Shown: positions 38,643-49,489, numbered from the stretch's first letter. The stretch: DNA of 64,000 nt from an uncultured Nitrospiraceae bacterium (GCA_964446125.1 CAYUNK010000003.1:2886-66885), one strand, 5' to 3'. Notes: generated by a model not told the origin, from the letters alone. Numbers and translations: made by a program.

Positions 38643-40643
38643 GTGAAACATACGATGAACCTTGACCAGCTCTGCATCAACACTATAAGGATGCTCTCTG
38701 CCGACGCTGTGCAGCAGGCAAATTCAGGACATCCCGGCATGCCGATGGGAGATGCTGCCATGGCATACGTGCTCTGGTCCAGATTTCTGAAGCATAACCC
38801 AAGGAATCCCTACTGGCATAACCGCGACCGGTTTGTGCTTTCTGCAGGGCATGGCTCCATGCTGCTTTACAGCCTGCTCCATCTGACAGGACACAATATC
38901 TCGCTCGATGACATAAAGAACTTCAGACAGTGGGGCAGCAAGACTCCGGGGCATCCTGAATACTGCCTTGACTGCGGCATAGAGACAACTACCGGGCCCC
39001 TGGGACAGGGCTTTGCAACAGGAGTAGGCATGGCCATGGCAGAGAAGTATCTCGCCGAAATGTTCAACAGGCCGGGCCTTCCTCTCGTGGACTATTACAT
39101 ATACGGCATTGTGAGCGACGGCGATCTTATGGAAGGCATCTCGTCAGAGGCGGCCTCTTTGGCAGGCCACCTGAGGCTCGGCAAGATCATCTATCTCTAT
39201 TCAGACAACAAGATAACCATTGAGGGCTCGACAGATATTGCCTTTACCGAGGACGTGGCAAAGAGGTTCGAGGCGTACGGCTGGCAAGTGCAGCATGCCG
39301 ATGGGGAGGATCTTAAGGGCATAGAAAAGGCCCTTGCTGCTGCAAAGAAGGACAGGTCCAGACCTTCGATTATCATTGTGCGCACGCATATCGGATTCGG
39401 CAGTCCTCACAAACAGGACACAGCAGATGTGCACGGCTCTCCGCTTGGGGAAGATGAGCTGAAGCTGACAAAACAGAATCTCGGCTGGCCCCAAAAGAAG
39501 TTTTACATTCCTTCACAGGCCCTGAGCCATATGCGCAAGGCTCTGCAAAAAGGCAAGAAAGAAGAGGCAGCCTGGACAGCCGTCTTCAATAAATACGGCA
39601 AGAGGTTCCCTGAACTCGCAAAGACATGGAATACCATATCAACAGGAAACCTCCCGGATGGATGGGAAGCCCTGCTGCCGGTATTTAAGCCTGAAGACGG
39701 CAGCATTGCAACGCGGAGCGCATCGGGCAAGGTGCTCAATGCAATAGCCGACAAGCTCCCCCATCTTATCGGCGGCTCTGCAGACCTTGCGCCGTCCAAT
39801 AACACGCATCTGAAAAAATATGCTGATTTCGGCATGGCAAAAGGCGGCAGGAATATCCACTTTGGCGTAAGGGAACATGCCATGGGCGCAATCCTCAACG
39901 GCATGGCCTTAAGCAGGATGCTCATACCCTATGGCGGCACATTTCTTGTCTTCTCCGACTATATGCGGCCTGCCATCAGACTTGCCGCCCTTATGGAGAC
40001 GCATGCCGTGTATGTCTTTACCCATGACTCGATCGGCCTTGGCGAAGACGGGCCGACTCACCAGCCGATTGGGCACCTGAGCAGTCTCAGGGCCATGCCG
40101 CATCTGTATGTGATCAGGCCTGCGGATGCAAATGAGACCGCAATTGCCTGGAAGCTCGCTGTCAGAGATCCGAAGCGTCCGCATGCGCTTATACTTTCGC
40201 GCCAGAACCTGCCGGTCCTGGACAGAAAGAGATATGCCCCGGCTGCAGGCGCTGAAAAGGGAGGATACGTGCTTTCGGACTGCAAGGGCACGCCAGATAT
40301 CATCCTGCTTTCCTCAGGCGCAGAGATCCATCCGACCCTCGCGGCTGCAGAGGAACTTAAGAAGGCGGGAATTAAGGCAAGAGTAGTCAATATGTTCTGC
40401 TTCGAGATCTTCGAACAGCAGACCCCGGCCTATAAAAACAGCGTGCTTCCCATTAAGGTCGAAAAGAGGCTTGCAGTGGAGGCAGCGGCCAGCCAGAGCT
40501 GGCATAAATACGTCGGCTTAAAAGGTGATGTGATCGGCATGGACCGGTTCGGCGCCTCAGCGCCTGCAAAGATACTGTTTGAGAAGTTCGGGTTCACAAA
40601 AGAAGATATCATCGCAAGGGCAAAGGCAATGCTCAGGAAATAG
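38643..40643 (+). CDS. tkt: Transketolase
   Basis: [39 protein letters not shown] start with GGAGG RBS. Confidence 0.95.
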   Translation: MKHTMNLDQLCINTIRMLSADAVQQANSGHPGMPMGDAAMAYVLWSRFLKHNPRNPYWHNRDRFVLSAGHGSMLLYSLLHLTGHNISLDDIKNFRQWGSKTPGHPEYCLDCGIETTTGPLGQGFATGVGMAMAEKYLAEMFNRPGLPLVDYYIYGIVSDGDLMEGISSEAASLAGHLRLGKIIYLYSDNKITIEGSTDIAFTEDVAKRFEAYGWQVQHADGEDLKGIEKALAAAKKDRSRPSIIIVRTHIGFGSPHKQDTADVHGSPLGEDELKLTKQNLGWPQKKFYIPSQALSHMRKALQKGKKEEAAWTAVFNKYGKRFPELAKTWNTISTGNLPDGWEALLPVFKPEDGSIATRSASGKVLNAIADKLPHLIGGSADLAPSNNTHLKKYADFGMAKGGRNIHFGVREHAMGAILNGMALSRMLIPYGGTFLVFSDYMRPAIRLAALMETHAVYVFTHDSIGLGEDGPTHQPIGHLSSLRAMPHLYVIRPADANETAIAWKLAVRDPKRPHALILSRQNLPVLDRKRYAPAAGAEKGGYVLSDCKGTPDIILLSSGAEIHPTLAAAEELKKAGIKARVVNMFCFEIFEQQTPAYKNSVLPIKVEKRLAVEAAASQSWHKYVGLKGDVIGMDRFGASAPAKILFEKFGFTKEDIIARAKAMLRK

Positions 40644-40705
40644 ACCGGACTCAAGGAAATATATCTTCTTTTGCAGGCAGGAAGAATTGGCGGAATTTCG
40701 GTTGT

Positions 40706-42742
40706 CTACGAATGAACCTTTTTTCCTGTCCGGTCTTTCCCCTGAAGCCTCCTGATCGTCTCTTTGAGCATATTGAGGTGAAACGGTTTCTGCATAAAGG
40801 CGTCCGGCTTAATACCGTTTAGGGCGGTTGCCTCTTCATAACCGCTTGAGATCAGCACCCTGACATCAGGCTTAAGCGCCCTTATCTCCCTGAAGAGGGC
40901 CTTCCCGTCCATACCCGGCATCTGAATATCCAGAACAACGGTCCCTATATCGTCCCTGTTGGCCTTGAACAGTTCGAGTGCTTCAAGCCCGTCAGCGGCA
41001 GTCAAGACCTCAAAGCCCTCGCCTGTGATAACTGTCTTTATTAGGGACAGTATCAATCTCTCGTCCTCTGCTATCAATACCTTTCTGCCGACTGCCGCCG
41101 GAGGCATGGATATCGGCTCCGGCGAAACAGGTTTCTGAATGTACCTCGGAAGCCAGGCATGAAAGGTCGCGCCTCTGTCCGGTTCGCTCTCTGCAGTAAT
41201 GCATCCTTTATAGAGCTGGACAATGCCTGCAACAGCAGCCAGGCCGAGGCCCCTGCCCATGAATTTTGTCGTAACAAAAGGCTCGAATATATTGGGCAGG
41301 ATATCTGGTGATATACCGCAGCCATCATCAGAAAGATAAAGATATATATAATCACCTGCCGGATGCTCCTGCCCAAGAGTACATTGCCATGCCGGCTTAT
41401 TTTCGATATTTGCGGTCTGAAGCCTGATTCGGCCCCCTTTTGCTTCGAGCGATTCAAAAGAATTGATCAGCATATTTACGATTGCCTGATTGATCTGTGC
41501 CTGGTCTGCATAGACCGGCCAGAGCTCTTCAGCCAGATCGAGGCCAATATCTATATTGCTCTTCCTGCTGCCGCGGGTTATATTCAGGTCCTCATGTACA
41601 GCCTCATTAATCGAAACCACGCCTGGCTGATAATTGCCGAGCCTGGCATAGGCCATCAATTGCCGGGTAAGTCCTGCCATCTGTTCTGCAGCGCGGATGA
41701 TGCTGTCTGCATGGGACTGCTCAGTATTGCCTGCAGGCAGTTTCATCTTCAGCAGTTCAGCATTGCCGATAACACCCATCAGCATATTGTTGAAGTCATG
41801 GGCAATGCCGCCTGCGAGGGTGGCGATGGACTTCTCTTTCTGCTGCTGAAACAGATGCTCTTTCAGTTTTTTCTGCTGCTCCTCCATCTTAAGTCTTTCG
41901 GTGATATCCCTGCAGGACTCGATTATCTGAACAAGGTCGCCCTTTTCATCAAATACAGGGGAGGCATTGATCTCTACCGTGCGCGGAGTGCCGTCCGGCC
42001 AGATATGCGTATGCACACAGGCTACAGGTTTCTTAAGCTCCTCTATCTGCCGGTACGGGCAGATAGAGGCGTCGCAGGGCCTCTCGCTTCGGTGAAAAAG
42101 TTTATAACATTTCTGTCCGGGCTCAAGATGTCCCTGGCCTGACAGGCCAAGGCTCGCCTTATTTGCAAAGACGACATTACAGTCTTTGTCTACGGCATAG
42201 ATAGGCTCATGGATGGAATCAATAAGCGTCTGAAGATAGTTCCTGTGGCTCGAAATTATGCTGTTTGCCTTTTCCAGTTGCAGGGTTCTCTCTGCCACTT
42301 TGGTCTCAAGGGTTCTAAGGAGTTCATCCCGCTCATCAATAATTCTTAATTCTGCTGCACATCTCTCGATCGTCGAGAGCAGTTCTCTGACATCAATCGG
42401 TTTTCTGATATAGTGGCTTGCGCCATTTTGGAGAGCTACAACAGAATCATTGAAATCCATATGGCCCGATATCATGATAACCGCAACGCGTTCTTTGTCC
42501 ATCTCCTTGATTCTGCGCAGGAGGTCCAGGCCGTTGACCTTGGGCATTCGTATGTCAGACAGGACTATGGAGGGCCGCTCCTTAAGATAGATCTCAAGGG
42601 CCTCCTGACCGTCATTTGCAGTAAAGATCTTGTACCCGCGGCCCTGAAGAAGCAGGCCTGTAACATGCAGTATCTGCGGTTCATCATCAGCCAGGAGTAT
42701 GGAGGACCTCCAGGGGACTGATGAAACTGAGTTATCAGACAT
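40706..42742 (-). CDS. Hybrid histidine kinase REC-PAS(Cys)-HisKA-HATPase-REC
   Basis: SDIRMP receiver, KCYKLFHRSERPCDASIC PAS, GGIAHDFNNML, DDGCGI, GRGLGL, C-terminal VLDIQMPGMDG. ATG at 42742 overlaps the upstream stop (ATGTCTGA). Confidence 0.85.
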   Translation of the reverse strand: MSDNSVSSVPWRSSILLADDEPQILHVTGLLLQGRGYKIFTANDGQEALEIYLKERPSIVLSDIRMPKVNGLDLLRRIKEMDKERVAVIMISGHMDFNDSVVALQNGASHYIRKPIDVRELLSTIERCAAELRIIDERDELLRTLETKVAERTLQLEKANSIISSHRNYLQTLIDSIHEPIYAVDKDCNVVFANKASLGLSGQGHLEPGQKCYKLFHRSERPCDASICPYRQIEELKKPVACVHTHIWPDGTPRTVEINASPVFDEKGDLVQIIESCRDITERLKMEEQQKKLKEHLFQQQKEKSIATLAGGIAHDFNNMLMGVIGNAELLKMKLPAGNTEQSHADSIIRAAEQMAGLTRQLMAYARLGNYQPGVVSINEAVHEDLNITRGSRKSNIDIGLDLAEELWPVYADQAQINQAIVNMLINSFESLEAKGGRIRLQTANIENKPAWQCTLGQEHPAGDYIYLYLSDDGCGISPDILPNIFEPFVTTKFMGRGLGLAAVAGIVQLYKGCITAESEPDRGATFHAWLPRYIQKPVSPEPISMPPAAVGRKVLIAEDERLILSLIKTVITGEGFEVLTAADGLEALELFKANRDDIGTVVLDIQMPGMDGKALFREIRALKPDVRVLISSGYEEATALNGIKPDAFMQKPFHLNMLKETIRRLQGKDRTGKKVHS

Positions 42743-44240
42743 TTGACACCTCCGCCGACGCCATAACCGGAAGGATGACCCTGAATGTGCTACCAACGCC
42801 TTCCGTCACTTCAAGGTCTATCCTGCCGGAGTGTTCTTCTATTATCCCAAAGCTGATCGAAAGCCCGAGTCCTGTGCCCTTGCCCACTTCCTTGGTTGTA
42901 AAGAACGGGTCGAATATATTCTTCTGAATCTGGGGAGGAATACCACCGCCATTGTCTGTAAACTCCGCGATAACACAACCATCCTCTGCATGGTATGTTC
43001 TTATATGGAGGACCTTCTCTGTATCTTTTGGTCTTAGCTCCAGGGCATCCCTTGCATTGGTAATGAGATTCAGAAAGACCTGCTCCAGTCTGTTCGTATT
43101 TGCGGCCACAGGAGACAAATCCTCCTGAAAATCCGTTTCGATCCGGATATCTCTTAACCTCAGCTGCGCGCTGATCAGGGAGAGCGAGCCTTTAACTGCA
43201 TCTGTTACATCTGTCTTTACATGGCTGTTGCCGTTATTATCCTTTCGGGCAAAGGTTCTGAGGTGCTCAATAATCCCGTTGATCCGGCTGACCTGTTTAT
43301 TTATCAGATGAAAAGTTTCTTCAACATTTGGATGAAGAGGAGGAAGCATGCTGTCTTCTGCATCAGCCAGAACTGTCTGGCTTGCAATGCCGATGATGTT
43401 GAGTGGCTGGTTGATCTCATGGGCTATCCCGGTTGCCATTTCGCCAAGCTGTGAAAGCCTGCTGGCATGAAACAGCGTTGCATGGGCCATATCCAGCTCA
43501 TGCTCCACCTTTTTCCGTTCGGTTATGTCAACAACCGCCTCAAGCAGCAGATCCTCTCCGTCAATCTCTACCGGGATGACGGTCTTTAAGACCGGCAGAT
43601 GTTTGCCCTGCCTTGTGACAAGGGCCCGCTCTGACTGCTCAAGATGCTGCCCGAAGTCCAGCACAGGACATCTGTCTTTCCTGACCGGGCACATGGCATC
43701 ATTGCATTGCATTCCTCGTATATCATCTTCAGAATCATAGCCCGACATCTCTACGGCAGCCTTATTTGCATAACGAATCCTTTTGTCCAGCCCTATAATG
43801 AATATGCCGTAGGGCAGGATGTTCAGAATCTTCTGAAGCGTGTTCTGCGTCTTTCTTATGTCATCTGAAGCCTGCTTCTTTTCCGATGCATGCCTGATAT
43901 TAAGCAGCAGCTGCTCAATCTCATACGGCTTCTGCAAAAAGGAGAAGGCCCCTTTGTTCGTCGCCTCTATGGCGGACTCCAGCGAGGCGTTGCCGGTAAA
44001 TACAATGGCCTCAACCTCAGGATACGCATCCTTGAGTTTTCTGAGCACTTCGATCCCGGTCATGTCCGGAAGCCGCAGGTCTATCAGCGCTATGTCTGCA
44101 GGACTGGCTTTCATAAGTGCAAGCCCCTCAGCCCCGCTGCCGGCAGTAATGCAGTTGTAGCCTTTTGCCTTCAGAATATCTGAAAGGGTCTTTCTGAGGT
44201 TCAGATCATCGTCTACGACCAATATCAGATCACTCTTCAT
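42735..44240 (-). CDS. Histidine kinase REC-PAS-HisKA-HATPase
   Basis: IDLRLPDM receiver, PAS with CNDAMCPVRKDRC, TGIAHEINQPL, TDNGGGIP, GKGTGLGLSIS. Confidence 0.85.
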   Translation of the reverse strand: MKSDLILVVDDDLNLRKTLSDILKAKGYNCITAGSGAEGLALMKASPADIALIDLRLPDMTGIEVLRKLKDAYPEVEAIVFTGNASLESAIEATNKGAFSFLQKPYEIEQLLLNIRHASEKKQASDDIRKTQNTLQKILNILPYGIFIIGLDKRIRYANKAAVEMSGYDSEDDIRGMQCNDAMCPVRKDRCPVLDFGQHLEQSERALVTRQGKHLPVLKTVIPVEIDGEDLLLEAVVDITERKKVEHELDMAHATLFHASRLSQLGEMATGIAHEINQPLNIIGIASQTVLADAEDSMLPPLHPNVEETFHLINKQVSRINGIIEHLRTFARKDNNGNSHVKTDVTDAVKGSLSLISAQLRLRDIRIETDFQEDLSPVAANTNRLEQVFLNLITNARDALELRPKDTEKVLHIRTYHAEDGCVIAEFTDNGGGIPPQIQKNIFDPFFTTKEVGKGTGLGLSISFGIIEEHSGRIDLEVTEGVGSTFRVILPVMASAEVSNV

Positions 44241-44242
44241 GG

Positions 44243-45031
44243 TCAGGCCTTCCCGCCCCGGCAGTCATTAAGCGTGCCAAGAATATTCTGGAGTTTTTTC
44301 CGCTTTATCTCCTCTATTGCCACTATCAGATCTTCTGTAATAAAAGGCTTATACATGCAGGTATAAGCCCCGATCCTGTATGCATTTTCTATGGAATCCT
44401 TCATATTCTCCTTATAGGCAGTCACCATAACCACCGGTTTGGTAGGATAGCGGCCACGTATTGACTGCAAGACCTCAAGCCCGTCGTAATCGCCCAGTTT
44501 GAGATTAAGCAGGACCGCCAGCTTGTATTCCTGCTCCATAAGCCCAAGCACCCTGTCAGGCTCTGATTCGGTATCCACTGCATACCCCCGCGCCTGCAGG
44601 ATATCCCTGAGCGTACTGCAGAACTCAGGGTCGTCGTCAACAATCAGCACGCACTCCTGCCTCCTGAGCAATGACAGAAATAAAAGAAGCGCCTGTATGT
44701 CAACCGGCTTTGTCATAACCGAATAGGAGCCGCATTCCCTGGCAGCCTGAATCTGCTCCTCAGCAGCATATGCACTCATCAGAATAACCGGAAGATCAGG
44801 GGATATCTTCCTGATCATGGACAGGGCCTCTATCCCGTTTATCTTCGGCATTTTTATATCCATCAGCACGCAATCAGGCATCTCAGTCCTGACCTTCTGC
44901 ACTGCATCTTCCCCTGTGTATGCAAAGACTGTCGCATGGCCCCTGATTCTCAATATGTCGCAGAGCGTCTTGACAATCCTTTGATCATCATCAACCACAA
45001 GCACCTTAATCATTTCGCTCATGTATGCCAC
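44243..45031 (-). CDS. Double receiver protein (REC plus pseudo-receiver), no output domain
   Basis: REC1 has LMDIKMP (Asp58). REC2 has LLNLKLGDYDG (Asn176 at the phospho-acceptor position). Confidence 0.8.
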   Translation of the reverse strand: MAYMSEMIKVLVVDDDQRIVKTLCDILRIRGHATVFAYTGEDAVQKVRTEMPDCVLMDIKMPKINGIEALSMIRKISPDLPVILMSAYAAEEQIQAARECGSYSVMTKPVDIQALLLFLSLLRRQECVLIVDDDPEFCSTLRDILQARGYAVDTESEPDRVLGLMEQEYKLAVLLNLKLGDYDGLEVLQSIRGRYPTKPVVMVTAYKENMKDSIENAYRIGAYTCMYKPFITEDLIVAIEEIKRKKLQNILGTLNDCRGGKA

Positions 45032-46821
45032 TCCCCGGAAGGCAGCATTATCGTGAATGATGTACCCCTGCCGACTTCAGTTTCTACTTCTATTGCGCCC
45101 CCGTTTGCCTCAGTCAGCTTTTTGACGACAATCAGTCCGAGCCCGAGCCCCCTGGCCTTGGTCGTAAAGAGCGGCTGAAAAAGCCTCTTCAGATTTTCAG
45201 GCGATATGCCTTGCCCTGTGTCCCTGACAGCGATCTCGACAAACCCGGAGTCAGGTTCGGGGGATAAGGTCTCACATTTCAGGGTTGATCGTAACAATTG
45301 CAACCCTGAACCTGATACTGACCTCGCAGAGATGTTCAGGCTGCCGCCTTCGGGCATTGCCTGTACGCTGTTTGCTATCAGATTCTGCAGCACCTGTACC
45401 ATCTGAAACGGATCAGCATAGACCGGCATGTCCGTTCCGCTGCATGGCGTCTCAATGCTCACATTGTCCGGAATCTGGCATTTTGCGAGGCTCCTCCTTA
45501 TCAGATCTCCTGCGGGGATCAGCTCTTTTTGGGAAGCCTTGGTGCGCGAAAAATCAAGAAGATCATTGATGATCCGCTGCGAGCTGTCCACCTCTGTCTT
45601 TATGATCTCCAGGTATTCCCTGACTGTCTCATCTGCCTCATGCAGCGCGCTCTTGAGAAAATATACTGCATTGTTTATCACCCCAAGGGGGTTCCTAAGC
45701 TCATGCCCAACGCTTCCCGATATCTGGCCGAGTATGGCCATCTTCTCTTTTCTTATCAGTTCTTCCTGCAGTTCAAAAAGTTGCGCGGTCCTTTCTTCCA
45801 CTTTATGTTCAAGGTCTTCCCGGAGTCTGATGATCATCTCTTCAGCCTTCTTTTTCTCTGTGATGTCTTCACAGAATGTTACAAGACCTATCAGTCTTCT
45901 GCCCTCCCGCAGGCCTGGAAAGTCATTGTTTTCTACCAGTTCTCTTAATATGTTCGCAAAGACGCAGGCAGATTCAATCCCTGTGTGGGGCAGGATAACG
46001 GCAAACTCCTCGCCGCCGTATCGTGCAAGGGTTTCTCCCCTCCTGATGCGGGCCATGATGATGCGGGCGAACTCCTTAATTACACTGTCTCCCTGCTCAT
46101 GTCCATAGTCATCATTTATCTTCTTGAAATCATCTATATCAATCAGCAGGACAGCAAGCGGAAAGCCATGCCTCACTGCCTGCGCCATTTCTTCATCGAG
46201 CCTCTTAAACAGATATCTCCGGTTGTAAGCACCGGTCAGTTCGTCAGTAACAGAAAGATACTCCAGTCGTTCATTGACTTTACGGAGCCTGGATGTCCTT
46301 TCGAGCACCTGCTTCTCGAGGTCTTCTGAATACTGTTTCAACCTTTCCAAAAACAGGTTGCGTTCTTTAATTGTCACGATCTTTGCCAGGGCATCACGTA
46401 TTGCAGACTGAAGTTCCCTGAGGTCTATCGGCTTCTGTATATACCTGAATGCCCCGCACTGCAGGCATGCGATTGCATCATTAAGGCCGCCATGACCTGT
46501 TATCATGATCATCTCTGTTTGGCCTTGTGACCTCTTCTTCACCTCCCTGAGAAGACTGATTCCGTCCATTCCCGGCATCTTTATGTCGGACAGGACAATA
46601 GTAGGCTGCACCTTATCGTAGAGTTCCACGCCCTGAAATCCGTCATATGCAACAGCAACCGGGTAGCCCCGCGGCTCCAGAAAAGATCTCAGGCTCTGCA
46701 CAATCTCAGGTTCATCATCCACAACAAGTATGGTTTTTTTATGCTCTGAACCTGTCTGGCTTCTGCCGTTGCCCGGCCTTAAAGCATCAGTCCTGCTGCT
46801 TTTGTCCGTATTTTCCTGCAT
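45019..46821 (-). CDS. REC - truncated GGDEF - HisKA - HATPase chimeric kinase
   Basis: SDIKMPGMDG receiver, RYGGEEFAVILP, then a PAS-tail-like DITEKKKAEE, SVGHELRNPL, RDTGQGIS, RGLGLGL. Confidence 0.85.
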   Translation of the reverse strand: MQENTDKSSRTDALRPGNGRSQTGSEHKKTILVVDDEPEIVQSLRSFLEPRGYPVAVAYDGFQGVELYDKVQPTIVLSDIKMPGMDGISLLREVKKRSQGQTEMIMITGHGGLNDAIACLQCGAFRYIQKPIDLRELQSAIRDALAKIVTIKERNLFLERLKQYSEDLEKQVLERTSRLRKVNERLEYLSVTDELTGAYNRRYLFKRLDEEMAQAVRHGFPLAVLLIDIDDFKKINDDYGHEQGDSVIKEFARIIMARIRRGETLARYGGEEFAVILPHTGIESACVFANILRELVENNDFPGLREGRRLIGLVTFCEDITEKKKAEEMIIRLREDLEHKVEERTAQLFELQEELIRKEKMAILGQISGSVGHELRNPLGVINNAVYFLKSALHEADETVREYLEIIKTEVDSSQRIINDLLDFSRTKASQKELIPAGDLIRRSLAKCQIPDNVSIETPCSGTDMPVYADPFQMVQVLQNLIANSVQAMPEGGSLNISARSVSGSGLQLLRSTLKCETLSPEPDSGFVEIAVRDTGQGISPENLKRLFQPLFTTKARGLGLGLIVVKKLTEANGGAIEVETEVGRGTSFTIMLPSGEWHT

Positions 46822-46940
46822 GGCATCAACCCGACGCCCTCAGTATAATGACCGCAATAAAAGAGCCGGCTACTGTCCTGCCTGCATTCTCTATGGAATT
46901 CATAATAACGACCTCCCTGTGTTGATCGGCAGAAGATAAA

Positions 46941-48539
46941 TCAGGTTGAAAGCGCCTCCCTTACCTTCCTCATCAAGTCACGACTCGCAAAAGGTTTGCT
47001 GATAAACGGCGCCCTGCTTTCCGATATGATAGTTTGCGAAAGGCTGTCATCTGCATAGCCTGACATATAAAGCACCCTGGTGCCCTTCCAGATGCTCTTT
47101 ACAACATCAATCAGTTCCTTGCCGCCCATCTTCGGCATAACTATATCGGTAATAATAAGATCTATCATTATTTCCCGCCCCCTGCAGAACTCAAGCGCCT
47201 CAAGTCCGTTGCATGCCTGATACGCCGTAAACCCGTGAGTCTGAAGTATCTCGACAGCAAAGTTCCTGACCATCTCGGCGTCATCAACAACAAGCACTGT
47301 TGCTGAGCAGTCCTGATCATCAGAATGCTCAGTCCCCGGCTTCGCAATGTCCGGCTTCTCATGTGCCATAGGCAGATATATCTCAAACCTGGTGCCCTCT
47401 CCCTGCCTGCTCCAGATGCGTATTTCCCCCCTGTTCTGTTCAACGATTCCGTACACCGTGGAAAGTCCCAGGCCGGTACCCTTGCCGTCTTTCTTGGTCG
47501 TGAAAAACGGTTCGAATATGTGGTCAATAATGTCCTCCGGTATGCCGGAGCCTGAATCAGTGAACGAAAGCCGCACATACCTGCCGGGCGGGATTCTGTC
47601 TTTTCTGTCTGTCTCCTTCTCAGGCACCTCCACATTTGCGGTTTCAATCTTTATGCTGCCCCTGCTCGAAATCGCATCCCTTGCATTGACCGCAAGGTTG
47701 ATTATTATCTGTTCTATCTGTGTGGGGTCGGCCTTGACACAGCCGAGGTCCGGCGCCAAAGATACGGCAAGCTCAATATGTTCGCCGATAAGGTTACCCA
47801 GCATCCTTGTGAATTCCCTGATACTGTCATTAAGATTCATTACCTTTGGCTCAATCATCTGCTTTCTGCTGAACGCCAGAAGCTGCCTCGTTATATTGGC
47901 CGCCTTCATGGCAGCATCGCAGATCTTCCCCAGGTTCTTGTAAGCCGGCGCATCGCGGCTCATCTTCATCTGTGTCAGTTCGGCAAGTCCGATTATCGCG
48001 GTCAGGTAATTATTGAAGTCATGCGCCATGCCGCCAGCCAGCCTGCCTATGGACTCCATCTTCTGCGACTGATAGAGCTGATCCTTAAGTTTCTTATGCT
48101 CTGTTATGTCGGTTATCAGCCCTTCGTAAGACATAAGATTTCCTTTCCCATCAAAGTGCTGTACAGGTGTATGTTTTATCCAGCGGATCGAGCCCTCCTT
48201 ATGAATAATTCGATGCACGATATGATGCACAGACTCCCCTGCAGTGATCCTGTTTATGTGATCCATGACATAGTCCAGGTCATCAGGGCAGATCATCTTG
48301 AACCACAGGGATCTATCGGCCTCATATTCCTCAGGACAATAGCCGGTTATGGCGACACAGCCGGGGCCGTGAACAGTCCTGACCGGGACGCCCTGATGCA
48401 CATGCACTGTGTAGATATAGTCGGTGACTGCATCGAGAAGTTTTCTGTACCGGTATTCACTTTCCCTGAAGGCCTTCTCCAGTGCGCTGAACTCTGCAAG
48501 ATCAGGCTCAAGCGTGCCGTTCTTCGTGGAGCTTTTCAT
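46941..48539 (-). CDS. Hybrid histidine kinase PAS-HisKA-HATPase-REC
   Basis: GGMAHDFNNYL, TDSGSGIP, GKGTGLGLSTV, receiver ITDIVMPKMGG. Confidence 0.85.
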   Translation of the reverse strand: MKSSTKNGTLEPDLAEFSALEKAFRESEYRYRKLLDAVTDYIYTVHVHQGVPVRTVHGPGCVAITGYCPEEYEADRSLWFKMICPDDLDYVMDHINRITAGESVHHIVHRIIHKEGSIRWIKHTPVQHFDGKGNLMSYEGLITDITEHKKLKDQLYQSQKMESIGRLAGGMAHDFNNYLTAIIGLAELTQMKMSRDAPAYKNLGKICDAAMKAANITRQLLAFSRKQMIEPKVMNLNDSIREFTRMLGNLIGEHIELAVSLAPDLGCVKADPTQIEQIIINLAVNARDAISSRGSIKIETANVEVPEKETDRKDRIPPGRYVRLSFTDSGSGIPEDIIDHIFEPFFTTKKDGKGTGLGLSTVYGIVEQNRGEIRIWSRQGEGTRFEIYLPMAHEKPDIAKPGTEHSDDQDCSATVLVVDDAEMVRNFAVEILQTHGFTAYQACNGLEALEFCRGREIMIDLIITDIVMPKMGGKELIDVVKSIWKGTRVLYMSGYADDSLSQTIISESRAPFISKPFASRDLMRKVREALST

Positions 48540-48731
48540 GGCCCATTCTACCTTTTCACCAGTTTATTGCAGGATATATCAACAGTGACCAGCCGCTCTT
48601 CACCGGCAGCGATATACCTGCCTGCCCCATCAGCAGTCTCAGGATAGACCTTATGCCCTCAAGACAGCCGGAAGTGAGCCTGCCATGGAAATTCACGATG
48701 CTCCTGTCGTCTGATTTCTCCATGTCAAAAT

Positions 48732-49091
48732 TCATCGGTTCTGTTCCGCTGCAAGGACTGTCCCTCCCGTATGAGGCGCACAGTCGCTTTCACATTTTAT
48801 GCAGTCGCCGTTGATACATTCTTCAAGAGTCTTTCTGCTTGCCTCTTTCAGATGATTTCCTACCAGGGTCACGGTCTTCCTGAGTTTTCGGGATGTCCTT
48901 ACTGCCCGCAGCAAATATTGGATACAATCCGGATCAATGTCCGCTACACGCTCAAAATTAAGGACTATGTGATTCACACTGCCTATGGACATCATCAGGG
49001 CAAGCCTGAGATCGTCTCTATAGTTGGCAGTAAGCATCCCTTCAAAAGATAAAATGCCGATGTCGCCTGACTGGTCGAATTCAAAGTTCAT
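48732..49091 (-). CDS. STAS-domain protein with C-terminal Cys cluster
   Basis: 119 aa. STAS-like core (ILSFEGML..LNFERVADIDPDCIQYL) and tail CINGDCIKCESDCAPH. Confidence 0.6.
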   Translation of the reverse strand: MNFEFDQSGDIGILSFEGMLTANYRDDLRLALMMSIGSVNHIVLNFERVADIDPDCIQYLLRAVRTSRKLRKTVTLVGNHLKEASRKTLEECINGDCIKCESDCAPHTGGTVLAAEQNR

Positions 49092-49092
49092 A

Positions 49093-49371
49093 TCAGCGCC
49101 TCCCTGCCTGCTCTTGCCTTAATTCCGGAATATGCATACCGCCGCCCCGCCATGCACTGAAGGCAGGCAGGCTGCGGTTTCTCTCCGGCAGGTGCTCTTT
49201 GAGCAAAGTTTCGATCTCCCTTATTTCAGAGAACCTCATGCCTGATATCTCTGAGGCCAGCCTGAAGCCCTCTCCCCTGAAGAACCAGATACTCTCCTGC
49301 CTGTGGTCTTTGCTGAACAGATCCTCAATAGCCTGCAAAATTACTGCCTCTGCGAGATGTTTCGGTTTCAT
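49093..49371 (-). CDS. Small hypothetical protein (92 aa from the RBS-supported start)
   Basis: ATG at 49371 is preceded by GGAGGGAG. Stop is 1 nt from the STAS start. The longer ORF (to 49485) would contain the candidate sigma-54 promoter. Confidence 0.5.
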   Translation of the reverse strand: MKPKHLAEAVILQAIEDLFSKDHRQESIWFFRGEGFRLASEISGMRFSEIREIETLLKEHLPERNRSLPAFSAWRGGGMHIPELRQEQAGRR

Positions 49372-49408
49372 TTCTCCCTCCGCGCATGTATTGTTTGTAA
49401 CAGGTATT

Positions 49409-49424
49409 TGCATTTGCCATGCCT
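49409..49424 (-). promoter_or_regulatory. Candidate sigma-54 (-24/-12) promoter
   Basis: The minus strand reads AGGCATGGCAAATGCA versus consensus TGGCACG-N4-TTGCW, with correct GG-N10-GC spacing. The -12 GC is about 38 nt upstream of the ATG at 49371. Directly downstream of the NtrC-type activator gene. Confidence 0.45.
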
Positions 49425-49489
49425 GTTGCTGCAAGGAGTTTGGGTTTTCATACAGATCAAAGGGTTGAATGATGAAAGGCTGCATAGTT

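Noticed and set aside
46868-46883. Sigma-54-like AGGCAGGACAGTAGCC (minus strand) upstream of the REC-GGDEF-HK gene.
   Set aside because: Spacing is correct, but the -12 element is TAGC and the -24 flank is poor. I keep it only as a weak possibility and do not call it a feature.
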